Assembly: GCA_030390025.1 (NCBI GenBank)
Contig: CM059432.1
Span: 128,714,001 to 128,778,000, forward strand
Direction of reading: 5' to 3'
Source of the DNA: Squalus acanthias
Lineage: Eukaryota
DNA length: 64,000 bases
Numbering within the stretch: the stretch's first letter is position 1; each line of letters begins with the position of its first letter. A program made the translations under genes and the position numbers. The notes under the pieces are model-generated. The model was not told the DNA's origin. It was given only the letters and a program-made list of their open reading frames with translations, and did not search any database. Positions 12,316 to 24,306 of this stretch are shown here, piece by piece.

Positions 12316-12420
12316 GGCCAGGAATTTGCCACTCCACTGCTATAACTTCACCAGAAGTGCAACAGAAACCCCCAATTACGCATTTCAACGAGTGTCATAG
12401 TTCCGAGGAAATTCTCGGCC
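12316..12420. mobile_element. Short Harbinger-type MITE
   Basis: TIR-like GGCCAGGAATTT ... AAATTCTCGGCC, flanked by TTT on both sides. Confidence 0.55.
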
Positions 12421-14121
12421 TTTGACTTAACAGAAGTAGACTGTAATGCACTCGTCCAAATATGGGTGGACATATTCTAATGGGACGCAAGTGAAGGGAT
12501 GATATCAAACAACATATTTCCTGTTGTTTGCCGCTAGTAACGTTGGCTGCAAGGAACACTGCTGCATTTAAGGCTACAATGGACCCATTTAAAAGATGGT
12601 GGATACTTGGGTGTATCGTAGTTACGAGTGTAACCCATTTACACCCAAATCTCTGCGATCATTTAAGCCGCTTAACTTGTTTGCGCTCATATTCCGTGTG
12701 TATATGGGTGCAAATCCGAAGGAAGCTCTGGGCCCCGGTGTCCAGCGAGCTGTGGGGAGGGGGTAGGTTTAAAATTTAAACAGCCCCTTCTTTTACTAAG
12801 ATGATCGATCGCAGAACTTGGTCAAGGCGTGAATTTTAAACGCTTGACACTTTCCTAAACTGTTGTTTTTCAGTCGGTGTTGCTGGCCATGCTACGCTGC
12901 GGCAAGGAGATGCGGCAATTTCACACCGCCCCCACCCGAGTTGGCGCCCGGTAATGCTGTAAATGGACCCGGCACCCACCATCGATGTGTAAACGACCCT
13001 GATGCAGGAAATGGGCCGGGGTCAGGGGCACTGGGAAGAGCGGCCGAAGTCCTGCCTTGTCAAAGATCCAAAAGGAAAACTGACCCCAAAAGTGTTGAAC
13101 ATTTCTTTACCCTCTTTTGAATTTTTGCAAGATTTTTCTTTCTTGTTGGTTATCTTTGGTCCAAATAACTTGAGGACAGGTTGGGTTATTTACTCTCAGA
13201 CTCTCTTTAGCCTTCTGCCAGACCAAGTCACTGCACTTGTAGCACTTTGCGATGCTTCAATGTGTGCCATATGAAAGCAAATACTGTGGAATAGCTTGCA
13301 TGACTCTTCCTTCCAGTTTTCCCTCTCCCTTGCATAGAGATATCATAACCAGTGCTCAGTGCTTCCCCACCTAACAGGGCTCAGTTTGGGAACTGAACAG
13401 GTACAGAGCCCAGTTTGTTCCTCACTCTGTGTGACTCTGGGTGTTAGCGCCTTGGCTACATGGCCAAGGATTTAATATTGTCACTAGCTGCAGACAGGAA
13501 TCTCTTGCTCAATCCAGCCAGAATTCCCAAAATGGCCATGCGACGAGCAGGAAGAAGTGTCCCTGTCTGCATGCACGTGTTAATGGGGCACGGAAAATGC
13601 CAGCGCGCAAGGCACAGAAGGACTAGTTTCCCGAAACAAGTTGCTTTAAAGCAGCAGGTGCATCCAACAGAAATTGGTCCTGGCATTTTCTTGAATTCGA
13701 ATGGAGTGGAGTCGGTTCGAGTCAGGTCATGTTGTGTTTGGACTTTGGGTTGGCGCCCATTTCTATATGTGACAGTCCGTTAATAGTGAGCAGCTGACTA
13801 TGACTGTACTATATTTATAGCTCTATGATTAACTACAAAAACATGACCCCTTTGCATAACCTCCTGTGCCTGTGCACTGTTTACATGAAAACCAGCCAGT
13901 TGTAATGCAGTTAATACAAACATGCCAGTCAGGCGCAGTCTCGAAATATACAAATATTGTTTTGAAGCAGCCCCTTGTGAAATCTGGAGAGTGTGTTTGG
14001 TGTTCATATAAATGTCGTCATGCCTCAGACATGCTGAAATTGATTGACTTTTACTCCTCACATGTGGAAATGGGCTCCTGAGCGGGTAAAGAAGTCCACG
14101 TTGTTTGGTTTTGTTCACTCA

Positions 14122-16000
14122 AAGGGGTCTATTTTGACCTTTGGCCGACCGAGTGGAGTGCGCTGGTCGGCTGCCCATTCTAGCGGCAAGGAGGCCCTGA
14201 CATCATTTCAATCTGGAAGGTGAGCTGCGGGGAGCAAAACAGGCGTCCTGGTGCAGCTCGTCAGATCGATGCCTCAAAATTGAGTCAAGCGGCCGACAGC
14301 AGGGTAAGTTGAGGGGAGGGGGTGGGGGGGAAGCGGCTGAGATTGTGGAAAGTGAGGGTACCAAGGCAACAGTGGCAGAAATTATTTTTTGGGCTCCGGA
14401 AGAGGAAAATTAATTTAACGCTTACCTCTAACGGGCCTCTCCGGTTCCATTGCCTGTGTGCAGGCTCCGCCCAGTTCTGAGCTAAAATGGCAATCGGGGG
14501 ACCTATTTGCATCCTAGGACCACAATTTCCATATTTACATAGAAACATAGAAGATAGGAGCAGGAGTAGGCCTTTCAGCCCCTCGAGCCTGCTCCGCCAT
14601 TCAATGCGATCATGGCTGATCATCCAAATTCAGTACCCTGTCCCTGCTTTCTCCCCATATCCCTTGATCCCCTTAGCCTTAAGAAATATATCTAACTCCT
14701 TCTTGAATATATTTAATGAATTGGCCTCAACTGCCTTCTGTGGTAGAGAATTCCACAGGTTCACCACTCTCTGGGTGAAGAAATTCCTCCTCATCTCAGT
14801 CCTAAATGGCTTACCCCTTATCCTTAGACTGTGACCCCTGGTTCTAGACTCCCCCACCATCGGGAACATCCTTCCTGCATCTAGTCTGTCTAGTCCTGTT
14901 AGAATTTTATAAGTTTCAATGAGATCCCCTCTCATTCTTCTAAACTCTAGCGAATATAAGCCTAATCGACCCAATCTCACTTCATACGTCATTCCTGCCA
15001 TCCCAGGTATCAGTCTGGTGAATCTTCGCTGCACTCCCTCCATGGCAAGAACATCCTTTCTCAGATAAGGCGACCAAAACTGCACACAATACTCAAGGTG
15101 TGGTCTCACCAAGGCCCTGCACAACTGCAGCAAGACATCCTTGCTCCTGTACTCGAATCCTCTCGCTATGAAGGCCAACATACCGCCTGCTGCACCTGCA
15201 TGCTTACCTTCAGCGACTGGTGCACAAGGACACCCAGGTCTCGTTGCACTTCCCCTTTTCCCAATCTATTGCCGTTCAGATAATAATCTGCCTTCCTGTT
15301 TTTGCCACCAAAGTGGATAACCTCGCATTTATCCACATTATACTGCATCTGCCATGCATCTGCCCAATCACCCAACCTGTCCAAATCATACTGGAGTTTC
15401 TCTGCATCCTCCTCACAGGACAGACGCCCACCCAGCTTTGTGTCGTCTGCAAACTTGGAGATATTACATCTAGTTCCCTCGTCTAGATCATTAATATATA
15501 TTGTGAATAACTGGGGTCCTAGCACCGATCCCTGCGGTACCCCACTAGTCACTGCCTGCCACTCGGAAAAAGACCCATTTATTCCAACTCTTTGCTTCCT
15601 GTCTGCCAACCAGTTTTCTATCCAAGTCAGTACCTTACCCCCAATCCCATGTGCTTTAACTTTGCACGCTAATCTCTTATGCGGGACCTTATCGAAAGCC
15701 TTCTGAAAGTCCAAATACACCACATCCACTGGTTCTCCCTTATCTATTCTACCAGTTACATCCTCAAAAAATTCCAGTAGATTAGTCAAGCATGATTTAC
15801 CTTTTGTAAATCCATGTTGACTCTGTCCGATCCTGTCACAGTTTTCCAAGTGCTCTGCTATTACATCTTAAAGGGGCCTATCGCCAGAGACAGGCGGCAG
15901 CATCGGACACCCGGCAGAAGGTCCCTTTCAAAATGGAGCCGGTCACATCGCCAGTGTTAAAGGGCGGTAAAAGCCTACCCACCCCATTTTGAGGCCATTA
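14122..16000 (+). mobile_element. MITE (family of 2604-3250) split by a CR1 insertion
   Basis: Halves 14122-14537 and 15870-16000 are contiguous in the uninterrupted copy at 2604-3250. Confidence 0.7.
14538..15869 (-). mobile_element. 5'-truncated CR1 LINE with nearly intact RT domain
   Basis: QHGFTKGKSCLTNLLEFF, YLDFQKAFDKV, SGVPQGSVLGP, KFADDTK. A single small deletion near 15183 (the KANG segment present in other copies is missing) shifts the frame. (CTATGTTT)n tail. Confidence 0.95.
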
Positions 16001-16009
16001 CCAACACTG

Positions 16010-16750
16010 CTGATGCCAACACATACAATCACAGCACATTGCATGCCAGCCACAGCACGCCAGCACGCAGCGTGCTAGGACGTAGTGCGTTACTATCCAG
16101 CACCTAGTGCAGCAATATCCATCACAGCAACCAGCATCTCAGCACACCACAAGCCAGCACCAAGAACCATCGCAACAGCAAGCGGCAAGTCAACAACACA
16201 CAATACAACAGCACAGCAACTCATGGCAACATGCGGTATGCAACAACAACAACAACCACTTGCATTTATATAGCGCCTTTAACATAGTAAAACGTCCCAA
16301 GGTACTTCACAGGAGCGTTATCAAACAAAATCTGACACCGAGCCACATAAGGAGATATTAGGGCAGATGAGAGGCAGGTTTTAAGGAGCGTCTTAAAGGA
16401 GGAAAGCGAGGTAGAGAGGTGGAGAGGTTTAGGGAGGGAATTCCAGAGCTTCGGGCCTTGGCAGCTGAAGACACGGCCGCCAATGGTGGGACGATTGAAA
16501 TCGGGGATGCTCAAGGTGACATGCAACATGGCAACACCCAGCGTGACAGGATGCAGCACACCAACAAACACAACAGCAGGTGGTACGCCAACACCCAGCA
16601 CACATGATGGACACAAAGCATGAGAGAACCCACAACACACTGCAACAGCACAACAGCACACCAAGCACAGACCATCCAACACATGATGAATAGAATACAG
16701 TAAACCAGTACCCAGTCTGCCAGTATACAATGCTCAGTACACAATACACA
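16010..16750. repeat. Low-complexity CA-rich degenerate repeat (CAGCAC/CAACAC units), split by an L2 fragment
   Basis: Recurrent cagcac, caacac and gcaaca words at 16010-16240 and 16515-16750. Confidence 0.6.
16241..16515 (-). mobile_element. L2 3' fragment
   Basis: SIPDFNRPTIGGRVFSCQGPKLWNSLP; (CAA)n tail; possible TSD ATGCAACA. Confidence 0.88.
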
Positions 16751-16889
16751 TGCCTACTCTAGGTCCCACTGAGCGAAAAAAAGAAGGATAAAGGGATAGG
16801 CATTAAAATGCACATTTAAATAGAGATTCAAAAAAGTTCCATTTGGTTGAGAATCAGTGTGAAACCCATGATAGACATGGTGGCCTTGA

Positions 16890-17290
16890 TGTTAACTCGG
16901 GTGAGGGGGGGAGGGGATCCAGGGCGAGCGGCCAGCTTGCATGCTGAGGCCTGCAGAATCTTTAGCTGCTGGGCTTCATTTACATATACAAGATCGGAGT
17001 CCCTCCCAAACATGGTAGGAATCACTGCCTGGCCCATGGGCGAGAGTAGAAATTCGGGCGGCAGGAGGCCACAGCCAGGGACTCGTGGGAACGGACCCCC
17101 ACACAAGGTAGGTCCATCAGAGGGGAATCCTCATCAAGAGAGTTGGGGGAGAGGCCCCCCCCCCCCCCCGGCAGGGGTGGCCAAAAGTTTTCTTGTGGGA
17201 CCGGGAGGAGCATTCCTCCTCCTGCTCCTGTTAAAAAGAAATGTAAAAACGTACCTTGCTGAGGCTCTTCTGGTCCTGGCTGCTGGTCGT
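16890..17290. mobile_element. GC-rich MITE fragment
   Basis: Motifs (GGCTTCATTTACATAT, CTTGTGGGACCGGGAGGAGCATTCCTCCT) resemble the interiors of other MITEs; ends not resolved. Confidence 0.4.
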
Positions 17291-18654
17291 GATACTTAGC
17301 TCAGAATATATATTCCCATGAATCATGTGACACACATAAAAGTGAAATATGTCTCAAACGTTGGAGATGAGAATGTGTTTAAAGCCAGTTTAGCTGGTGA
17401 TATGCGAAGCTAAATAGTCACAGTGAAATTTAAATATATTTCAGAGGCCTTTTTAAAAAAACACCAGATAAATTATTCGATTTATGAAGCCACTATTCTT
17501 TGGTCTGTTGGGGAAGCCACCACTGCTCCCCCAACAGGACTCAGGTTAAAGTGAAAGATCGAGGAAGACATTGGACACCGATCTGCATATTCAAAGAGGA
17601 CCCCGCTGGCATGGGGCGGGTGGTCTTGCCGCCTGTGATTTAAATCTGTAGGCGGCCAGATCAGTGTGGGTAAGGAGTGGGTAAGTCCCCCCGTTACACT
17701 TTAATTGCCCCAGCCCAGTTTTCGTTGGGCAGCAGTGTTAAACACGAGACCAAGTTTGTCTTCGTTCTTGGATCTGAATCAGAGCTGTCGCTGCGACGTC
17801 GCCAAGATCACAACCAGAAACACATCTTGAAATGTTACCAACAGTAAGCACACAAACCCATCATTTGTCAGCTACAGTGAATTTTGCAGCTTCATTATTC
17901 ATTGCTACTCTTCTTATATCCCTGTTCCATGTACTGCATTCCTGACCATAACTGGTGGGGATGGGTAAGTGAGAAACATATGACTTGCTTATGGACCTTA
18001 AAAAAAATGATGCCCGAGAATGGACTGGGTTGACTCACCATCTGAATTTCCTTTTGACCCTGTGGGGAATAACTTAGCTCTTCTCACTCTGCTTCCCTGA
18101 GTGCATGACTGAGATCTGAAACTCGACCTGTGTGGTAAACCACTGGCAGAAAATGTCACTCTCCTACTCTGTAGCACAGTACACTTGTACGGCAACACTT
18201 TCTCTTACTGGCTCACTAGCCATCTAGATTTTAGTGCAGGTAAGTTTTTTTAAATAAAAAAGTTCTATTCTTCCCTATTGCTAATATATTTTTGACTCTT
18301 TTACAGCCACTCGACACCTTAGGCCATTACATGGACAGCAGGATGAGCAGGCAAGCTGCTTGCAGATCTCTGCCAGTGGCACTTTGATCTGGCTGTTTAG
18401 AGGGACGTAATAGTGATGCACAATTGGTTGGCTTGTGCTCCAGCTGCCTCACACTGGCGGAGTAGCTTGATGCTTATCCCTGATGACACAGAGGAGATTA
18501 AGTCCTCACTTGCAGGCTGAATTGTGGGCATGAAATCCAATTACTACCTTTCACGACACAGCACGTTGGCTACTACGCCACCATGTCACCCTCTGAGGCT
18601 CAGTTTTAGTAATTGGCTTTGCCTCAGGCCAGCGTGAACCAAGCTATACCCAAA

Positions 18655-18810
18655 TCCATGGAACCGTACAGCACAGAAGGAGGCCGTTGAGCCCATCGTG
18701 CCTGTGCCGGCTCTTTGAAAGAGCTCTCCAATTAGTCCCACTCCCCTGCTCTTTCCCCATAGCCCTGCAATTTCTTTCTTTACAAGTATATATCCAATTC
18801 CCTTTTCCCT
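18655..18810 (-). mobile_element. CR1 3' end (second subfamily)
   Basis: CAGCACAGAAGGAGGCC..AGCCCATCGTG..CTCTTTGAAAGAGCT..CCAATTAGTCCC is the reverse complement of the end at 33290-33373. Confidence 0.8.
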
Positions 18811-19769
18811 TCAGAAAATCCATGATGAACTCACAACTGTAATTTGTCGTGGCTCGAGTAATCAGTTATCTGCAATTTTTTTTGGATCACTAAAAGTGTA
18901 GTAATTTCGTTTGTACCAATTACATAATAAAAACCATGGCACAAGCAGCTGTTATTTGCAGTTCACAAAACAGCAGCTGCTTTCACTGATAGTTATTGCG
19001 AAGCAGAGTTAGACCCTGAGAACTTGCATAAGACTGTGGTCCCTGGACTGACCGTTGAGTTATGCAGCTGAATGTGTGTATTCGAACTTAGTGTAAAACT
19101 CCTTGTCTGGGGAATTGTGGCTACTGGTACCAATGGGCCCCACTGGTTTAGGCAATCTAACTTTAGGAGAAATGCAAGTTCATTTCTGAGAAAGCTGCTG
19201 ACATTAGGAGGGCCCACCTTTAAACTGACAAAACCACTTCCTATAATACGTTAACAGAATTGGGGAGGGGGGGGCGGTGGAGGGTCATGCTAGAGAGCTC
19301 AAGCTTTGGCAGAGAGCCAAGACAGAGGCTGGGTCAAAAAAGGACAAATTGTTCTTTTTTCAGTTAGAGTTTTTTTCAGATAAGTAGGGTAGATTTTACG
19401 AGCTCCCACCAAGAGTTTCTAATGAGAGTTCAGGCACAGAGGGTCCCGCAGAAATTTCCGTCCATTTAAATACTTCTCCTTTACCCCTCCTCTCTCGAAG
19501 GTGGTGAGTCATGCTTGCGTATGGTGCCATGGATGCTGAAGGCGTTCTGGCATCTCCTTCGTTCATTCGCCCGTGAGCCCGAACAGTGAGCACGGGCATC
19601 ATGGCTGAGCACATTCCTGACATCACGCAATGCTCACACAAGCTCGAGCGCGCGCTCTTACACACACAAACATGCACGTGCACACAAACACACACTCAAA
19701 TGGCAGTGGAAACTGGCTGATTTTCTTCTCCCTAACTTAGGACAAAGAAACTAAATGTGGCACTTTTAC

Positions 19770-19990
19770 TCCCAATGCAGCTACGAATGCAACTCTCTCC
19801 CGCAAAAAGTTGTTGAGGCTCGGTCAGTTGAAAATTTTAAAACTGGAGATTAATAAATTTTTGTTAGGTCAGGGTATTAAGGGTTATGGAAACGCGGTGG
19901 GTAGATGGAGTTAAGCTACAGATCAGTCATGATCTAATTGAATGGCCGAACAGGTTCAAGGGGCTGAATGGCCTACTCCTGTTCCTATGT
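19770..19990 (+). mobile_element. CR1 3' fragment
   Basis: ATTAAGGGTTATGG, GATCAGTCATGATCTAATTGAATGG, GGCCTACTCCTGTTCCTATG. Confidence 0.8.
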
Positions 19991-21177
19991 TGACTGTTAG
20001 ACACAGCACAGAGCAGGGATCGAACCAGGACCAGATATAGTCAGGTAGTTCAAATTAATGAAGTAGTCTTGAAGCTTTAGTCGCAAGGCACCCTTCCACA
20101 AAGTCACTGTGTGGCATCAAGTTTGCTGTTAAATAGTTTTGGTGGTTTAGTGACTAGTTCACCGGATTATGTGATCTGATGGCAATGGGTTGTTTATTGA
20201 ACTATGGCAAATTCTGAAAACTACTAAATAAACCTGTTATTAGGGTTAGTCAATAATGACTGCTATTCATATGGTGTTGCAAATCACGGTAGTTAGTCTA
20301 TCCTTACATTTCTAGAAGTCCTGACACCTTTGCAAAAAAGGTAGGCATTGGACTAAACAGCAAATTTTGATGCTGTCTGACATTAGTTGTTGGGTTTTCT
20401 GACTTCATGGTTACACCAGCTGGAGAACTGTATGAAATGGTGCTCCTGGCATGGGGCTTCACTGGGAGTACATATTGGAAATTCGACTGCATGCTATCAC
20501 GAGTTTCCATCCACTATGGAATATCAAAGGGAGCGGTGCCTGTATTCCCGATTTACACTCCCAGTGGGCAATGCTATGCACCAGGAGCTCAATTTCATAA
20601 AATTGGGTAGTCTCAACTCAATTATTAGAACTAATCTACAGTACGAGAGTGTCCCAATACAGCACAATTACACACTAAATTGGCATTATAACCAAAACCA
20701 TAGGCTGGTTGGCATGGAAATTGGAAATATCATACCGGTGCAGTCGGATGAACTTCTAAGCTTAGCGTTAATGAGCATCAATTTGGAAATAACATTTGGC
20801 GATACTAGCAGATGAATGCTTAACGAATATGCATGACATGCCTTTTCCGTTATTTTAGTGGAGATGTTAACCCATTTAAAATGAATGGATTAATAGCATA
20901 AATGGATTAATGCCTGTGTTCAAATATCAGGTAAAGGAATGCCATTCAAATGCGTAAGTGTCCATCCACTAATACTGATCACAATCATTTCTAAGATATA
21001 GTTCATGTAGAGCAGAAGCATCTTTACTCTGCAAATGGCCCATGATGATGACACTAAATGCAAAAAGTGCAAAAAGGCATCAACTCTCCAGCAAAGGAAA
21101 GAATGCCCACCTTAAAAACTAACGTGGAACTTTTCATAGATGCTCAAATTCAAATTTCTAATTTCCATGCCAACCAG

Positions 21178-21496
21178 GGGCAACACAGTGGCATAGTGGT
21201 TAGCCCTGTTGCCTCACAGCGCCAGGGAGCCAGGTTCGAATCCGGCCTCGGGTGACTGTCTGTGTGGAGTTTGCACATTCTCCCCGTGTCTGCGTGGGCT
21301 TCCTCCGGGTGCTCCGGTTTCCTCCCACAGTCCAAAGATGTGCGGGTTAGGTTGAATTGGCTATGATAAATTGACGCTTAGTTTTAGGGGGGATTAAATA
21401 CGTGGGGTTACGGGGATAGGGTGGGATATGTGTCGGTGCAGGCTCGATGGGCCGAAATGGCCTCTATCTGCATTGTAGGGATTCTGTGATTCTGTG
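21178..21496 (+). mobile_element. tRNA-derived V-domain SINE (HE1-like) with CR1-type tail
   Basis: Pol III A box TGGCATAGTGG and B box GGTTCGAATCC; V-domain-like TGTGTGGAGTTTGCACATTCTCCCCGTGTCTGCGTGGG...TTCCTCCCACAGTCCAAAGA; tail GATGGGCCGAAATGGCCTC...(ATTCTGTG)2. Confidence 0.85.
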
Positions 21497-22472
21497 AAAT
21501 AAAGCGACTTTTATAATTGTGAAAGAAAATTAGATCAGAAAATATTGCAGCACATGTATTGCTACCTTTTTGATAAAATGAAAGATGGTTCACAGAGATC
21601 TCTACTTGTGCAACTTCTACATCTATTAGGAAGTACCAACAGAGAACAAATGGTAGTTTACCAGTATTAACAAAATATAAATTTGGAAGCGCAGGTTGTG
21701 CCAACGCTTGGCATCAAGGGTTACGTTAACTATTCACAAGAATCGACAGTTCATGTTCTAGTCAGTTGAACACAGATGTAATCAGGATCCACAGGCACTT
21801 CCTGAAACATGTTTTACTGCGCATAAGCCCTGGGCCTGCTCTAATTCTTAGAATAAAAGTTAAAAACATTCAGATATTATACATAAAATTGTGGTTTACC
21901 AAGCTGAGACAAAGCAACTTCAGAAGCAATTTAAGATTAAACGGATGTTATATGTTGGTTGCTCTTCTGGGAATACACAGGGAACCTTACAGGAAAGTTA
22001 ATACTGAAAGTGGTTGACTAATAAATAAAGCATATCTGAAGGTGCCGAGATCAGTTAAATTTAGTAGTGAGGTGTGATTCAGTGCTTCGGTTTGCTAACC
22101 TCAGACCCTAAATGTGTTGGGTATAAGACTGTATTGGATCAACATTGGTGAAACATACCACAACTGTCAGCTGGTACATGTGAAACTGGAAAAACAGATG
22201 CAGTAGGAGAAAAATACCACGCTCCAGCACCGTTAGTCCTCACCTTATGACCACATTATATTAACTCTTTTAAGTGTTGAATTTCTCTGTGGAATACAAA
22301 TTGCCAAAAGTCAGTATGAATAGTATTTACTTGATAAAATTACAATGCTTAATGAGACTAAAAACAGCTCTGGAAGCACAGATCTATTTATCTGCCAAAT
22401 AAGAGATTGTTTGGGAGTTTGAGTTTCCATGGCAATCTGTCTCTTGGAATTAGCTACCTTCAGATTTGGGAT

Positions 22473-22758
22473 AATAAGAACATAAGAACATAAGAAATAG
22501 GGCAGGAGTCGACCATTTGGCCCTTCGAGCCTGCTCCGCCATTCAATAAGATCATGGCTGATCTTCTACCTCATCTCCACTTTCCTGCACTATCCCCATC
22601 TCCCTTGATTCCCTTAATATTCAAAAATTTATCGATCTCTGTCTTGAATATACTCAACGACTGAGCCTCCACAGCCCTCTGGGGTAGAGAATTCCAAAGA
22701 TTCACCACCCTCTGAGTGAAGAAATTTCTCCTCATCTCAGTCCTAAATAGCCGACCCC
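22473..22758 (-). mobile_element. CR1 3' fragment with 7-bp TSD
   Basis: FRTEMRRNFFTQRVVNLWNSLP; (AAGAACAT)n tail; TTGGGAT at 22466-22472 and 22759-22765. Confidence 0.92.
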
Positions 22759-22869
22759 TTGGGATGGGTTTGTGATTAGGGAATGAGTAAGATGTGAAGA
22801 AACCAAGATGGAACATTTATCCAATTGAAAAATGTACATGAAGTGGCATTGAAAGCAGATATGAACTAT

Positions 22870-23430
22870 CATAAAATGAAGGCATCGTGGGTGCTTGCAG
22901 GATATCAAGCACTGACCGACATGAAGAAATTCCTATGGTTCAACACCAACTAGAGAGCAATAGAATAGAAGACCTTCCAGTTCATGGGGTTAGTATGAGG
23001 GGCCTGGATGTCTGCAGGGGCACCATCTACAATGCCCTGCGTTCCTAGGGACCCTACCAACTGATATAAATTCTGTGCCTTATCCAGCTGAAGCCTCCTT
23101 TCCACAGGAAAAGTGATGAGGATATTGCCCCTTGAAAAGGTTTCTATCACTTGCTTGATGCATCTGTGGACAGCTGACTGATTGATTTGACATATGTCAC
23201 CACTAATGCCTTGAAAGAATCTGGTGCCATAAAAGTTTATTGCAGTGGTGCTCTTCACAGCCATGATAAGAGCTAACCCTGTGGTAGAAGCTGTCTGCTG
23301 ATTGACCTCATGGCGATGGCATAGGTCTATGACGATCTCCCTTGCAAAGTGGAGGTGGTGAAGACAGGTCTCCTCTGACACATCCAGGGAGGACTCTCCG
23401 GGTCTGTAAATGTGTTAAGGAAGGGTATGT
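22870..23430 (-). pseudogene. Decayed PIF/Harbinger DDE transposase (N-terminal half)
   Basis: SEETCLHHLHF...AVKSTTAINFYGTRFFQGISGDICQINQSAVHRCIKQV...QGIVDG, continuing past stops to YPASTHDAFIL; collinear with the transposase at 62811. Confidence 0.85.
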
Positions 23431-23789
23431 ACATAATGACTGAGGTGTAAGCACATCTACCTTTCTTGTCATTTCATGAACTGATCTTCGTTCTCCAAAT
23501 CTTAGAATGGCTACCTTCACATTTGGGATGAGTTTGTGATTATTGAGTGAGTAAGATGTGAAGAAACCAAGATGGGTCATATATCTAATTGCAAAGTGTG
23601 CCTTTTATCATGAAGTGACATTAAAACCAGATATGAATGATGAACTGTCATAAAAATGACCACTTTTAAAGTGAAATAGCAGCTAGAAGCAAGAACGTTG
23701 TGTTCAAAGCAGAAAAAACTAATCAAATCTGAATAAAAGCAGTAAGTAATGGACTTAATCAAAGGGCAGATGAAGATAAAGCAAAATAA

Positions 23790-24022
23790 AATCCAAAGAT
23801 GCAGAGCACTTCCATTTTCAGATATTGCTTTGAAACCGTTTCTGCCAGAAGTCCAGCAAATCAGGGTTGCCTTGTTTAAGAAGGACCCAGGGCATCCTCC
23901 CTCCAGGAGAACGACACACTCTGCTTGGCAGGAGGTAGCAGAGTAAATGCTGTAACAACCAGCCAAAGTATGTTGAAACAAATGGAAGAAAGGAGAGCAA
24001 TAGCCTCAGGAAGTCTGTCAAG
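23790..24022 (+). pseudogene. Decayed Harbinger Myb/SANT-like DNA-binding protein, first exon
   Basis: RALPFSDIALKPFLPEVQQIRVALF...AWQEVAE, then frameshifted VNAV...NSLRKSVK ending at a donor AAG|GTAAG. Confidence 0.7.
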
Positions 24023-24031
24023 GTAAGAGTA

Positions 24032-24306
24032 AAAAATGAGAAGTCGCACAACACCAGGTTATAGTCCAACCGATTTATTTAAAATTACAAGCTTTCGGAG
24101 CTGTCGCCCCTTCCTCAGGTAGAGTTACTGTGAGACAATCTACCAGAATTCACAGAATATAAACACAGAGAAAATGCAGAGATTCAATCTATCAAGGGGC
24201 GACAGCTCCGAAAGCTTGTAATTTTAAATAAATCGGTTGGACTATAACCAGGTGTTGTGCGACTTCTCATTTTTGTCCACCCCAGTCCAACGCCGGCATC
24301 TCCACA
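24032..24306 (+). mobile_element. Penelope-like remnant: inverted arms (81 bp, 1 mismatch) with 81-bp spacer and tail, 14-bp TSD
   Basis: Arms 24032-24112 and 24194-24274; near-identical tail to the 6710 copy; TSD TCAAGGTAAGAGTA at 24018-24031 and 24307-24320. Confidence 0.8.
24086..24121 (-). ncRNA. Minimal type I hammerhead ribozyme motif
   Basis: uac-CUGAGGA-a-ggggc(gaca)gcucc-GAAA-gc-UU-gua. Confidence 0.7.

Noticed and set aside
16010..16750. Q/H/T-rich ORFs and possible CRISPR-like periodicity
   Set aside because: Low-complexity CA-rich sequence without a constant repeat-spacer unit; eukaryotic context.
19640..19700. Alternating purine-pyrimidine tract (GCGCGC, (CA)n)
   Set aside because: Ordinary short microsatellite.
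21178..21250. tRNA-like A/B boxes (also at ~26570-26620, 45515-45560, 47530-47590)
   Set aside because: They are SINE heads continuing into SINE bodies, not tRNA genes.
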